Shown: in pieces, positions 17,578 through 26,888 of the stretch
How positions within the stretch are numbered: position 1 is the first letter of the stretch
How the letters are laid out: each line of letters starts with the position of its first letter
Assembly: GCA_039798785.1 (NCBI GenBank)
Contig: JBDKFG010000007.1
Span: forward strand, 28,932-92,931
Reading direction: 5' to 3'
Length of the DNA: 64,000 nt
DNA from: Verrucomicrobiota bacterium
GTDB lineage: Bacteria > Verrucomicrobiota > Lentisphaeria > Lentisphaerales > Lentisphaeraceae
Position numbers and translations under genes: made by a program
The notes under the pieces: generated by a model
Told to the model about the DNA's origin: nothing
The model's database searches: none
What the model saw: only the letters and a program-made list of their open reading frames with translations

Positions 17578-17667
17578 CATGGGAAGAGCCATAGTAGTCC
17601 TTACAAAATGAAATGGTTCGAGCCCTGAAGGGGCGGCCTGAAATCTCACCAGCAATGGAGGCGCGCC

Positions 17668-19023
17668 ATGTCCGACAGCAGAAAACCGGATTATTCCTTA
17701 CAACGTCAGGGCCAAGGGATGGACTATTGGTTGCTGCGCTTGGTTTCTGCAAGTAAGGAGCAGCGTTTAGAAGCTGGATTGGCCTTGCAAGCGATGGCAT
17801 GGGGACTGCCTGGATTAACTCCCATGGGATCGCTAGGGGAGCTTGAAATCGTTCCTGATATTGTCAGCCAGAAACAGCGTTTCGAGCAAGCTGTTCGTGA
17901 TGCGCTAGCTAGCCCGAATTTTCCTCGAATCGACTTTCTGACTAAGCTGATGGCGTATCGAGCGGCCTTATCTGGTGATTGGCGCCAACGCGTCGATGCA
18001 GGGGGTTGGTTTCTCCAGTGTCAGGGAGCCGAAATCAGCTCCCCATCTGGGGGGATGGCGCATCTGGTATTTTTCTCCCTGCGCGAAGAATGGATGCAGA
18101 TCCCGGACATTCTCGAGGCGCAGCTTGAGGACAAATCTTTGCGCGCTGATGCCCTGAAGGCAATCGAACGGATCGGCGAGCCTGCGCGTCGCTTTGCTCC
18201 TCGTCTTTTGAGCGATTTGGCTCGTCTCAAGGATCGTGAGGACGGAAGCCGAGCAAGCTTTGGCGCCAGCAACGCTTTGGCGGCGATTGGAGGCGATGAT
18301 CCTGCAACGATCGAGGCGCTGATGCATTTTTTGCGTTCGCCGGAGGTGAGTCAGCAGGTCGGAGCGGCGGAAACTTTTGAAGCCTTGGGGACGAAGGTAT
18401 GCGGCCGAGAAAAAGAAATTTGTACGGTGTTGCACAGCGTGCGCAAGCACGAGGCTGGTTTTGTCGGGGCGCTGGCTTCCGTCGGCAGGCATTTGCCATA
18501 CATCCGCGCCGAAATCCTGGATTTGGCGAAAGCCCGCCCGCCAGTTTGGGAAACCCATTCATTTGGGAACCAAGAATTTTCTAGTGACAAGGTGATGTGG
18601 CAGCGCGGCGTCGCGATTGCAGCATGTCGATATTTCACGGCTTATCCGGAGGAATGCCTGCCGGTGCTAGCTGAAGCCTTGGAGAGTTTCGAAGAATACG
18701 ATCCTGATGAATGTTACGAAGGTCCTCAAGGGAGGACCTGCTCAGTCATCGCCGATTTCGGGCCGGCAGCCGCAGCGATTTTGCCCAATCTTCTGCGCAT
18801 GCTGGAGCAAGTCAAAAAGGGCCCGGACTTCCCCAAAGCGTTGCTGTATTGTTTGGGCGCCATCGGCCCCGCCGCAGCCAGCATCTTGCCGCAACTCCTG
18901 GCTTGGCGCGAAGAAAGAGGCATTGAAGACTACATGGATGATATTGAGATCGTTCCAGTTGACTTCTCGATTGACGCTATCGGCTGGACCATTCAACAGA
19001 TTCGTGGTTCGCCCCGAAATTAA
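17668..19023 (+). CDS. HEAT/alpha-solenoid repeat protein
   Basis: GGAGG RBS. Repeated ALKAIERIG, ALAAIG, ALASVG, FGPAAAAILPNL, IGPAAASILPQL. Confidence 0.7.
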   Translation: MSDSRKPDYSLQRQGQGMDYWLLRLVSASKEQRLEAGLALQAMAWGLPGLTPMGSLGELEIVPDIVSQKQRFEQAVRDALASPNFPRIDFLTKLMAYRAALSGDWRQRVDAGGWFLQCQGAEISSPSGGMAHLVFFSLREEWMQIPDILEAQLEDKSLRADALKAIERIGEPARRFAPRLLSDLARLKDREDGSRASFGASNALAAIGGDDPATIEALMHFLRSPEVSQQVGAAETFEALGTKVCGREKEICTVLHSVRKHEAGFVGALASVGRHLPYIRAEILDLAKARPPVWETHSFGNQEFSSDKVMWQRGVAIAACRYFTAYPEECLPVLAEALESFEEYDPDECYEGPQGRTCSVIADFGPAAAAILPNLLRMLEQVKKGPDFPKALLYCLGAIGPAAASILPQLLAWREERGIEDYMDDIEIVPVDFSIDAIGWTIQQIRGSPRN

Positions 19024-19062
19024 GCTAAATCTTTAAACCCCAAACCAAAACGGAGCCCCCAC

Positions 19063-19527
19063 ATGTCTCTCGCCATCGGCAAAAAAGCCCCCGACTTCTC
19101 GCTGCCTGACGCTCACGGCAAGGTCCACACCTTGGCCAGCTTCCAGGGCAAGACCACGGTGATCTACTTCTACCCGCGCGACAACACTCCCGGCTGCACC
19201 AAGGAGGCTTGCGGTTTCCGCGACGCCGAAGCCCGGCTCCTCAAGGCCGGGGTTGTGGTCGTCGGGGTGTCGCCTGACTCCCCGGCTTCGCACCTGAAAT
19301 TCATCGCGGCGCAAGAGCTGAACTTCACCCTGCTCGCTGATCCGGAAAAGACCATGATCCAAGCCTATGGCGCCTGGGGCGAAAAGATGATGTACGGCAA
19401 GACCTCCGAAGGCGTCATCCGCTCCACCGTGATCCTCGGCCCCGACGGCAAAGTGACGCATCATTGGCCCAAGGTCGCCAAGGCCGAAGCCCATCCCGAG
19501 GAAGTGTTGGCGGCGCTCGGGCTGTAA
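19063..19527 (+). CDS. bcp: Thioredoxin-dependent peroxiredoxin BCP
   Basis: APDFSL, YFYPRDNTPGCTKEACGFRD, GVSPDS. Confidence 0.95.
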   Translation: MSLAIGKKAPDFSLPDAHGKVHTLASFQGKTTVIYFYPRDNTPGCTKEACGFRDAEARLLKAGVVVVGVSPDSPASHLKFIAAQELNFTLLADPEKTMIQAYGAWGEKMMYGKTSEGVIRSTVILGPDGKVTHHWPKVAKAEAHPEEVLAALGL

Positions 19528-19598
19528 TTCTTGTTCCCTGGGAGCGCGGCAGCCCCCTGCCGCCTTCTTCCCTCCCTTTCTTCGAAGGTCTTCCCGCC

Positions 19599-20911
19599 AT
19601 GAAAACCAAACATCTCTGGTGGCTCGCCGCCTTCATCTTCACCCTGATCTTCTTCGGCGTGGTTGTCCTCGGCTTGCCTTGGCGCTGGGCGATCGAGCGC
19701 CGCGTCGACGCGATCAAGGCCCGCGGCGAACCCGTTTGCCTCGCCGATCTGAAGCCGAAGCCGGTGCCGGCCGATCAAGATGGCGGGCCGCTTCTCGAGG
19801 CCTTGTGGGCCAGCTTGAGCTCGGAGCCGGCGTGGAAGGATCGCGTCTTTTATGGTCGCGGACGCGACTGCGTTGCTGCCATTCGTTTCTGCCTGGGGAA
19901 GGGCGAAGCGCCTGACTTCTTCAGCAAGCTCGACAAGACCAAACAAGCGGAATGGAAGAAACGGGTCAGCGACCTTGGGGACCTGCTCAAACGCCGGCCG
20001 GATCTGTTGGTCCAGTTTGAAGAGGCGCTCAACAAGCCGCATTGTCAGCTCAAAATGGATTACAGTCAGAAAGCCTCGACTTTGTATCGGCCTGGAATAA
20101 GTGCGATTCGCAACAGTCTGAACGCGCTTAACGACCTCAGCCTCTACTACGAAGCGACTGAACACGACACCGAAGCCCAACGCTGTCGCCTGCTATTTTT
20201 GCGGATGCCGCGCATTCTAGATGCAGGGCCATGTTTGATGATTGAAGCCTTGGTTCGCGTCGCCCTCAACGGCATAGCCAACTCAGCCCTCAATGTCCAG
20301 TTCGATTTGATGTCTGACGAGGAATTGCGGGAGATGCAAAAAGCCGCAGAGCTCGCCAAGCCCTTCCCTCTCTCTTGGCCCGAGCTCTTGCAGCGCGAAC
20401 GCATCTCGGCTCTTGAGTATCGCCAAGTCGAATTCAAGGACTGGCAAACCACGGCGAAATACATGGAGTTAGGACCTTCGGATTCCCTTTGGACGGAGAC
20501 CAAGCAATGGCTCTACGTTTACACGGGCTGGCGTCATTACGACTTGCTCAAATGCATCGATCAATATGATGACGTCGTCGCGGGCAGACCCTTGCCCAAA
20601 AACAGTCATTTGGGCGAGATGTTGTGGCCTGCTTTAGATTAGATTCCATTCATCTCAAGCTTCTTGCTGAACCCGCCAAACTGCGCCAGCTTCGACTCGG
20701 CATCGCGCTGGAGCTGCTCAAGCGTCGTGACGGCCGCTATCCCGCCGATCTCAAGGAGCTCGATCTGCCGCAGGAAGGAGCCGATGGCAAGCCGATGAAA
20801 TACGAGGTTTTCGATGGCGGCCGCGGCGCCTGTCTTGAGTTCTTCGACAAGGCGAGCTCGAAGATGATGCACTTCCAGCTGGGCGACTACGACGAGAAGG
20901 CGCATCGGTGA
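19599..20911 (+). pseudogene. Membrane-anchored PVC-type hypothetical protein, frameshifted by a 5-bp duplication
   Basis: ORFs 19599..20642 and 20624..20911 join in frame (ALDSIHLKLL) if one TTAGA of TTAGATTAGA (20634-20643) is removed. Confidence 0.75.
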
Positions 20912-20920
20912 AGGAGCAAA

Positions 20921-20991
20921 GACAGAACAAGCCGGCGGGACGCCAGCGATCCCGAGACAGAACAACAAGCCGGCTGGATGCCGGCAATCCC
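20921..20991. repeat. Two direct copies of a REP-like palindrome
   Basis: GACAGAACAAGCCGGCGGGACGCCAGCGATCCC and GACAGAACAACAAGCCGGCTGGATGCCGGCAATCCC. Confidence 0.7.
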
Positions 20992-21038
20992 AGTGTGGAG
21001 CGCAAAACACTCTTGCAGCTCCGAAGGAGCGACTTGAA

Positions 21039-21294
21039 CTCAGCCCGGGTCGTAGCCGAGGAACGAGGCGCAGGCCCGGGTAAGGAGGATTGAATCCGAG
21101 TTCCAGCGGGGCGACCTGAAGATTCGGGTTGTTAGCCAAGTCCGAATAGCCCCCGATTCCAAGTCCGAATAGCCCCCGATTCCAAGTCCGAATAGCCCCC
21201 GATTCAACGCCTTCACGCCGCTCTTTCAGGGCTCGGATCGTTCTCTCAGAAACCTGGGGCTTCACCTCGTCCCTCGGTTACGCCCCAAGCTGAG
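21039..21294. repeat. Long imperfect inverted repeat (REPIN/MITE-like) enclosing a tandem array
   Basis: Arm 21039-21081 CTCAGCCCGGGTCGTAGCCGAGGAACGAGGCGCAGGCCCGGGT versus reverse complement of 21251-21294 CTCAGCTTGGGGCGTAACCGAGGGACGAGGTGAAGCCCCAGGTT. Confidence 0.75.
21136..21204 (+). repeat. Perfect 23-bp tandem repeat x3
   Basis: CCAAGTCCGAATAGCCCCCGATT at 21136, 21159 and 21182, with no spacers. Confidence 0.95.
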
Positions 21295-21358
21295 ATCTTG
21301 CTGCCCCGCCCAGGCGTTTGGCACCGCAACCAGACAAGACAAGGGGGAGCTGAATGAC

Positions 21359-22513
21359 TCAGTCGTCTTCGCGACATGGAGTGCCCCGGCGGCTGGAGCG
21401 GTATTCGCTAGCGGAGACTTGGTGCAGCTTCCTGAAGGCCTCGTGCAGGCTGCTGCGCTCGCCGAAGCCCGACTCGAGGGCGATGACGCTGATCTTGAGG
21501 TCGGTCTCGGCGAGAAGCCGGGCGGCATGGTCGACGCGAAGCCGCATCAACTCCTCGCTGACGCTCAATCCCAAGGCATTTTTCACCAGGCGCTGGAGAT
21601 TGCGCACCGAAAGTCCGGAATGACTGGCGACGTCATCGAGGAAAATCCTTTCTCGGTAATGCCGCCGCAAATAGAGTATCGCCTCGGAAAGTCCCGGCAG
21701 CTCGGAGACGAAGTGAGCGGTGCTGGCGCGGGTGACCACGCCCGTCGGCGACACCCGTAGAGAAGGCTGCGGCGCCTGCCGCCCCTCAAGGCGTTCGGCG
21801 AGCAGTTCGACAGCTCGCCGGCCGAGGCGTTCGTCGGCTCCCTCGATCGCGGAAAGCCCCAAGGGCGAGGGGAGCAGATCGACCGGCTGGTTGTCGGGGG
21901 CAAGCACCGCGACATCCTGCGGCACCCGCAATCCCAGTCCCAGCGCGGCGAAGACCAGCTCGGTGGCGTAGAGATCGTCGTCCGCCATCAAGGCGAGAGG
22001 GCGGGGCATTGCGGCGATCTTCTCCTGCATCCAGGAGATCCGGGCGGTGGGACTGAGCGTGTCGGGGTGCTCCTCCATCGCGTCGAGCAGGATCGCTTCG
22101 AGGCCGGCCTGCCGCACCGCCGCGGCGAAACCGTCGCGACGGCTGTTGCCAAAGCGGTAGCCCTGGGCCTTGACGAAGCCGAGATGAGAATAGCCAAGTT
22201 CGAGAAAATGCCTGGCTCCGAGGCGTCCGACGGCGTCCTGGTCGACCTTGACCCCGGGCAGATCGTCGCCGCCGATGAGGTGGATCACCGGGCAATCAAG
22301 GCTGGCGAGATATTCCCGGGCACTCGGCGTAGCGGCCGCGGCAATCACCCCGAGGCAGCGGGTGCCGGGGACCATCGCCTGCCTTTGCATCAGGCGGACG
22401 CGCCAGCCGCGTTGCCGGCCGGCCTTGACGACGCTCTCGTAAAGAGGGCCATAGAAGCGGTCGACGTAAAAGATGACGCATGGGGCCTGTGGGAAGGTGT
22501 CGCTGCCGGTCAA
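21359..22513 (-). CDS. XylR-type transcriptional regulator
   Basis: LGARHFLELG, RRDGF, RVPQDVAVL, VTRAST, LSVRNLQRL, IALESGF. Confidence 0.9.
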   Translation of the reverse strand: MTGSDTFPQAPCVIFYVDRFYGPLYESVVKAGRQRGWRVRLMQRQAMVPGTRCLGVIAAAATPSAREYLASLDCPVIHLIGGDDLPGVKVDQDAVGRLGARHFLELGYSHLGFVKAQGYRFGNSRRDGFAAAVRQAGLEAILLDAMEEHPDTLSPTARISWMQEKIAAMPRPLALMADDDLYATELVFAALGLGLRVPQDVAVLAPDNQPVDLLPSPLGLSAIEGADERLGRRAVELLAERLEGRQAPQPSLRVSPTGVVTRASTAHFVSELPGLSEAILYLRRHYRERIFLDDVASHSGLSVRNLQRLVKNALGLSVSEELMRLRVDHAARLLAETDLKISVIALESGFGERSSLHEAFRKLHQVSASEYRSSRRGTPCREDD

Positions 22514-22580
22514 GGATGGCCTCGGGTGTTCGCCGTCAAGAGGCGGCGCACTGGAGAAAAATCAATAGCCGGGGAGATCC

Positions 22581-25343
22581 TCAATCCTCTTCCTCTTCTT
22601 CGACGGTTTTGCCTGCGATCAGCAGGGCGTCGCTCACCGCCTCGGAGAAGACGATGGGGGGCACCTGGCCAAAGGGAAGGGCGGCGCCACCGTCGACGCG
22701 ATGGAAGCTGAGGCGGTCAAGGGTGGTCGTATCGGTGAACTCGGCGTAGACCTCGAAGTTGACGCCGAGATCGGCGTAAAGTCCGGCGCGCGGGAAGACC
22801 TTGCGATAGGCGTAGATGGAAGAGCCGTCCTGCTGCTTGATCCAGCCGAAACGCTCGGCCTTGCTGCGGACGCTGCCCACCGCTGCGACGGCCTGGTCGC
22901 ACCAGAGGCCTTCGGTCAAGCTCGCTTCGTCGTCCCGCATCAAGCGCAAAGGACGCTCAAGTTGCGGCACCAAAGCCGTAAGCCGGGCCGCGACCAGATG
23001 CTCCTTCCAGTCGTGATGGCCGTCGCCGTCGAGATGGAGCGGATGGATCAGGCCGATCGACCCGTGATCCGGCAGGACAAAGCTCGACTCGTCGGCCTTG
23101 ATCAGGCCGCCTTCGCCATCGCCGCGGAAGCTCGCCGTGAGCTTCCCGTCTTCGTCCCATAAACCCCAGATTTGACTGAGAAGGAAGGGGCCGAGCACGG
23201 GGTTTTTCAGGTAGAGTTCGCCCCAGGCGGCGGGCGACCAGCGGCGCTCCTGCACCAGCATGCGGTTGTGACGGATCTTCTGGGCCTTGATGACGGCGCG
23301 GAGCTGGGGACTCAGGGTTTTCATGACGCCTTTGATTTCCGCCGGAGCGGCGGCTTTTTTCTTGCCGCCGACCCAGTATTGCCATTTGCCGTCGGCACCG
23401 ATGCGGACTTCGCAAGTGCCGTGGATCTGCGGCTGACCGGGCTCGAAACCGAGCCAGGGAATGATGCTGTCGCCGAGTTCGTCGACGCTGACACCTCGCG
23501 CTTCGGCGACGGCTTGCATCGCCTCTTTGGCAGCGACGCCGATGTAGGGGTATTTCGAGCGGAATTCGTGGGCGACCTCTTCGAGCTTCATGAGGGCCAG
23601 CGGCGTGCCGATCAAAGCCATGGCCTCGAGGTTGAGCATCGCCTGGCGTCCGCGATTGCCTTTGGCCCAGGCGGCGAGCGGCGCGACGAGGCGGGGCAAG
23701 AAGCTGTCGTCGCCGAGGGCGCAGCCGAGCACCAAGGCGTAGCGGATCTTGGGATCCGGCTTGGCTAGATAGGCATCGAGGAAAACTTCGGCGAAGGCCC
23801 GGCTCTGGGTCCGGTCGATCAGCTCCAGCCACAAGGCGGCTTCGGGGTTGAGTTCGGCGCCATCCATCGAGGCCTGGCAGGAGATCAGGTGAAGAATCTC
23901 CTCAGCGGTCATCGGCGAGCCGTCCTTCAGTCGCAAAGGCGGCAAGGCCTCGATTTTGAGCCAGGGGGGAAGGGATTTGAGCGAAGCCGTGCTGGCCCAT
24001 TCGGTGAGCTGACGACGTTCGATGCCTTGACCTGTGGCGCGCCAATGAGGCAGCAAGACCTCGAGAATCTCACGACGGACTGGGATGGATTTTTCCGTCT
24101 TCAAGATTTCAGCAAAGGCAGAGATCGGCTCGCCGCGAGCGCGCAGGGTTTTTACCGCGAGGTGACGCTCATAAGCTAACTTCGACGACAAAAGCGCCTG
24201 GCTTTCACGCGACCAAAAATCATGAGATTGTGCAAGTTCAGAAACTAGAAACCTCATCAGCTTATCGTCGCGCAACTTTATCAAATACGAGATAAACCCG
24301 GTGTAGGGTGAATCACCATTTTTATCCATAAATTTCGAAAAGGCTTTGAAGGCTTGCGCTCCGATGCCGACAAAATGGCTAGGCTTATGAATTAAATCAA
24401 AGGCCATAATCGAAAGCCACTTATTAGCACCAATTAGTTCGTAAATTGATTTGGCGAAGTCGTTTTCATTGTGTAAGCGATCTAAAAAGGCTTGGCTACA
24501 AGCTAGGATGTCGCCGGTTTCGATGTAATGATGAAGTGTTTTGACATCGCTTTCCTGAAGAGGATGCTTGAGCAAATAAAGTGTCCCGCGACTGTCTGGC
24601 AGGCGTCGACCAAAGCGCTGGATAAAATCGCCGTAACGAGCGCACGCATCGTTGGATAGGGGCACAAAAGCATTCTCACCTTGGACTTCGCCTCCAAGCT
24701 CCGTTCCTGAGACGAGTTTCTCCACCTCTTCGAGACCTGGGCAAGTCTTGATTAAACTCATGACTTCATTGAGTTGAATAAATTCCCCCCAAGGTTTAGG
24801 ATTGCGCTTTTTGTGCTTTGATTTTAGTATTTCAACGAGTATATCGGGATTATTTTCGTAAATTCTTCGCGCAATGACCGTAGACATTTTTTTTATTTTA
24901 TGGCACAAGCCTGAGGAAACAAGAAATGACCAATCCTGATCATCAAATTTGTTTTGATTCTTATAAATATATTTTGCCATGAAGTCATCAAATTTGAACA
25001 TTCCTAAAGACATGAGGTGAGAATACTGTTGATAATCACTGCCGCGGAGGGTTCTCTCATTGATAAAATTATCAAAAGAATATTCAACTGCATATTTGGC
25101 CGTTGAGGACATGTCTAGCACTAAGGTTCTCCAAGCCAGTGCTTCCGTCTTAATTTTTCGGTATAGATACTGACAATGGGAGCTAGCGGTGTAAACACAC
25201 AGACGCGAGTCCGGCAATTGATTCTGGTTGAGATCGCATATCCATTCGGCAAGTGAGGCGTCCTCATGACTGAGTTGCTTCTTGATGATGGCGACATCCT
25301 GGGGGAAAGAGCTCTCAAGCGAAGGCTGAGCTGAATGATCCAT
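22581..25343 (-). CDS. DUF4132 domain-containing protein
   Basis: ATG 25343 with GAGG RBS. ARGVSVDELGD.IIP.LGF, QKIRHNRMLVQERRW, KNPVL, IGLIHPLHL, QLERP. Confidence 0.8.
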   Translation of the reverse strand: MDHSAQPSLESSFPQDVAIIKKQLSHEDASLAEWICDLNQNQLPDSRLCVYTASSHCQYLYRKIKTEALAWRTLVLDMSSTAKYAVEYSFDNFINERTLRGSDYQQYSHLMSLGMFKFDDFMAKYIYKNQNKFDDQDWSFLVSSGLCHKIKKMSTVIARRIYENNPDILVEILKSKHKKRNPKPWGEFIQLNEVMSLIKTCPGLEEVEKLVSGTELGGEVQGENAFVPLSNDACARYGDFIQRFGRRLPDSRGTLYLLKHPLQESDVKTLHHYIETGDILACSQAFLDRLHNENDFAKSIYELIGANKWLSIMAFDLIHKPSHFVGIGAQAFKAFSKFMDKNGDSPYTGFISYLIKLRDDKLMRFLVSELAQSHDFWSRESQALLSSKLAYERHLAVKTLRARGEPISAFAEILKTEKSIPVRREILEVLLPHWRATGQGIERRQLTEWASTASLKSLPPWLKIEALPPLRLKDGSPMTAEEILHLISCQASMDGAELNPEAALWLELIDRTQSRAFAEVFLDAYLAKPDPKIRYALVLGCALGDDSFLPRLVAPLAAWAKGNRGRQAMLNLEAMALIGTPLALMKLEEVAHEFRSKYPYIGVAAKEAMQAVAEARGVSVDELGDSIIPWLGFEPGQPQIHGTCEVRIGADGKWQYWVGGKKKAAAPAEIKGVMKTLSPQLRAVIKAQKIRHNRMLVQERRWSPAAWGELYLKNPVLGPFLLSQIWGLWDEDGKLTASFRGDGEGGLIKADESSFVLPDHGSIGLIHPLHLDGDGHHDWKEHLVAARLTALVPQLERPLRLMRDDEASLTEGLWCDQAVAAVGSVRSKAERFGWIKQQDGSSIYAYRKVFPRAGLYADLGVNFEVYAEFTDTTTLDRLSFHRVDGGAALPFGQVPPIVFSEAVSDALLIAGKTVEEEEED

Positions 25344-25504
25344 GCGATCCTCGCGAGATGTTGGCTGGAGTTCCGCAAGATAGACGACCATGAAAAAACC
25401 GAAAGAGACGCTTGAGCAGCCGAGCCCTATGACTTTCGGAATTCCCAGATGACTCAGGCGACACCTGCGCTCGCTACGCGGGGCGAACACAAGGACGAAT
25501 AGGA

Positions 25505-25523
25505 CCCAGGGCGATGCCCTGGG
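25505..25523. repeat. REP-like palindrome
   Basis: CCCAGGGC-GAT-GCCCTGGG. Related AGCCTGGGTT (about 25713) and AACCCAGGCT (about 25839) arms follow in the same intergenic region. Confidence 0.6.
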
Positions 25524-25965
25524 CTAAGCCAGCTTCGACCGCGCTGCGGTGAATGCAAGCTCGGCCTGAGTTATCTGGGTATTCAGCCACTCGGCCGCGC
25601 CGAGTGAGGGGATTCATCCACAAACTTTCCGGAAGAACCGTGAATTCTCTGACTGAGCCCTGCGGAGCTCGCCGCCGCCAGGATTTGCTGACTCCAAAGG
25701 GTGGACGATTTTAGCCTGGGTTGAGCCGCCTCGGCGATACCCCGGATCAGCGGTCGAGCCAGCAAAGCCAAGGATCAGCCCAAAAATCCCGGGAGCCGAT
25801 CGGGTTGCCCGCGCCGCCAGGTTCTGCGGCATCGACAAACCCAGGCTTGACGCGCCAGCCGACGCTCCGGCAGGGCCGGGTTTTTGCGTCCGGCGCAGAA
25901 GCCAGAGCGCGTCTGGGCGGCTAGATTCCGCCGCATCTTGAGCGAACCAAACAAAGGAGATTTCC

Positions 25966-26376
25966 ATGGGCGTCATCATTCAAGCCGTTTACGAAGGCGG
26001 CCTGCGCTGCAAAGCCGTGCACACCCCGAGCGGCGCCACCCTGGTCACCGACGCCCCCGTCGACAACCACGGCCGCGGCGAAAGCTTCTCCCCCACCGAT
26101 CTCCTTGCCACCGCCTCGTTGACCTGCATGATGACCATCATGGGCATTGCCGCCGAGAAGGAGAAGGTCGACATCCGCGGTCTCAAGGCGAGCACCGAGA
26201 AGATCATGAGCAGCGACCTGCCGCGCCGCGTCGCCCGTCTCCTCATCCGGCTCGAAATCCCCGGCGTCGCCGAGCACGAAACCCGCCGCAAGCTCGAAGC
26301 TGCGGCGCGCGCCTGTCCGGTCCACAAGTCGATCTCTCCCGAGATCGAGCTGGACATCGAATTCAGCTGGCTCTGA
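25966..26376 (+). CDS. OsmC family protein
   Basis: AAGGAG RBS. TDAPVDNHGRGESFSPTDLL, TCMMT, ACPVHKS. Confidence 0.92.
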   Translation: MGVIIQAVYEGGLRCKAVHTPSGATLVTDAPVDNHGRGESFSPTDLLATASLTCMMTIMGIAAEKEKVDIRGLKASTEKIMSSDLPRRVARLLIRLEIPGVAEHETRRKLEAAARACPVHKSISPEIELDIEFSWL

Positions 26377-26401
26377 AGGCTTGGTGCCCCTGGAAATCCC
26401 G

Positions 26402-26428
26402 GCCGGCGGAAATCCCGCCGGCCCTTTT
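26402..26428. terminator. Hairpin between convergent genes
   Basis: GCCGGCGG-AAATC-CCGCCGGC followed by CCTTTT. Confidence 0.55.
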
Positions 26429-26440
26429 CCACCTGGGAGC

Positions 26441-26785
26441 TCAAGGCACGGCGAGGCGGTCGAGCATCTCGGCGCAGAGGAAGTCGTTTTCGCTGAGGCC
26501 GTTGACAGCGTGGGTCCAGTACACCACCTTGACATCCTTGAAGCCGACCTCCATCAGGGGATGGTGGTTTTCGCGGTGAGACACCCAGGCGACGGCGTTG
26601 ACGAAGGCGATCGCCTGGTAGTGATTGGCGAAGACCCAGCGGCGACTGATCTTCGATTCCGCCAAGGACCAGAGAGGGATCCGGCTCATCGCCTGCCGCT
26701 CTTCTTCCAGGCTCATTGCAGGGACTCCGCCCTCGCAGGGTTTGCAGGCTCGCCCCGAGGATAGGTTGCAGATCGTGTCGCTCAT
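26441..26785 (-). CDS. phhB: Pterin-4-alpha-carbinolamine dehydratase
   Basis: CKPCEGG, ENHHP, WTHAVNGLSENDF. ATG 26785 with GGAG RBS. Confidence 0.92.
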   Translation of the reverse strand: MSDTICNLSSGRACKPCEGGVPAMSLEEERQAMSRIPLWSLAESKISRRWVFANHYQAIAFVNAVAWVSHRENHHPLMEVGFKDVKVVYWTHAVNGLSENDFLCAEMLDRLAVP

Positions 26786-26888
26786 GATGGACTCCCGCAG
26801 CTGATGGATGTATAGGACCGCAAAAAGAAACATCTTCTTGGCGTCCCGGCAAGGGCGTCTGCGCCGAACCCGGCTATCTTTGCGCCCC

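Noticed and set aside
21136..21204. Possible CRISPR array
   Set aside because: The 23-bp units are contiguous with no spacers, and no cas genes are present.
25580..25920. Possible ncRNA or small ORFs upstream of the OsmC gene
   Set aside because: No recognisable tRNA, tmRNA, SRP or riboswitch motif. The palindromes look like REP fragments and the ORFs lack coding character.
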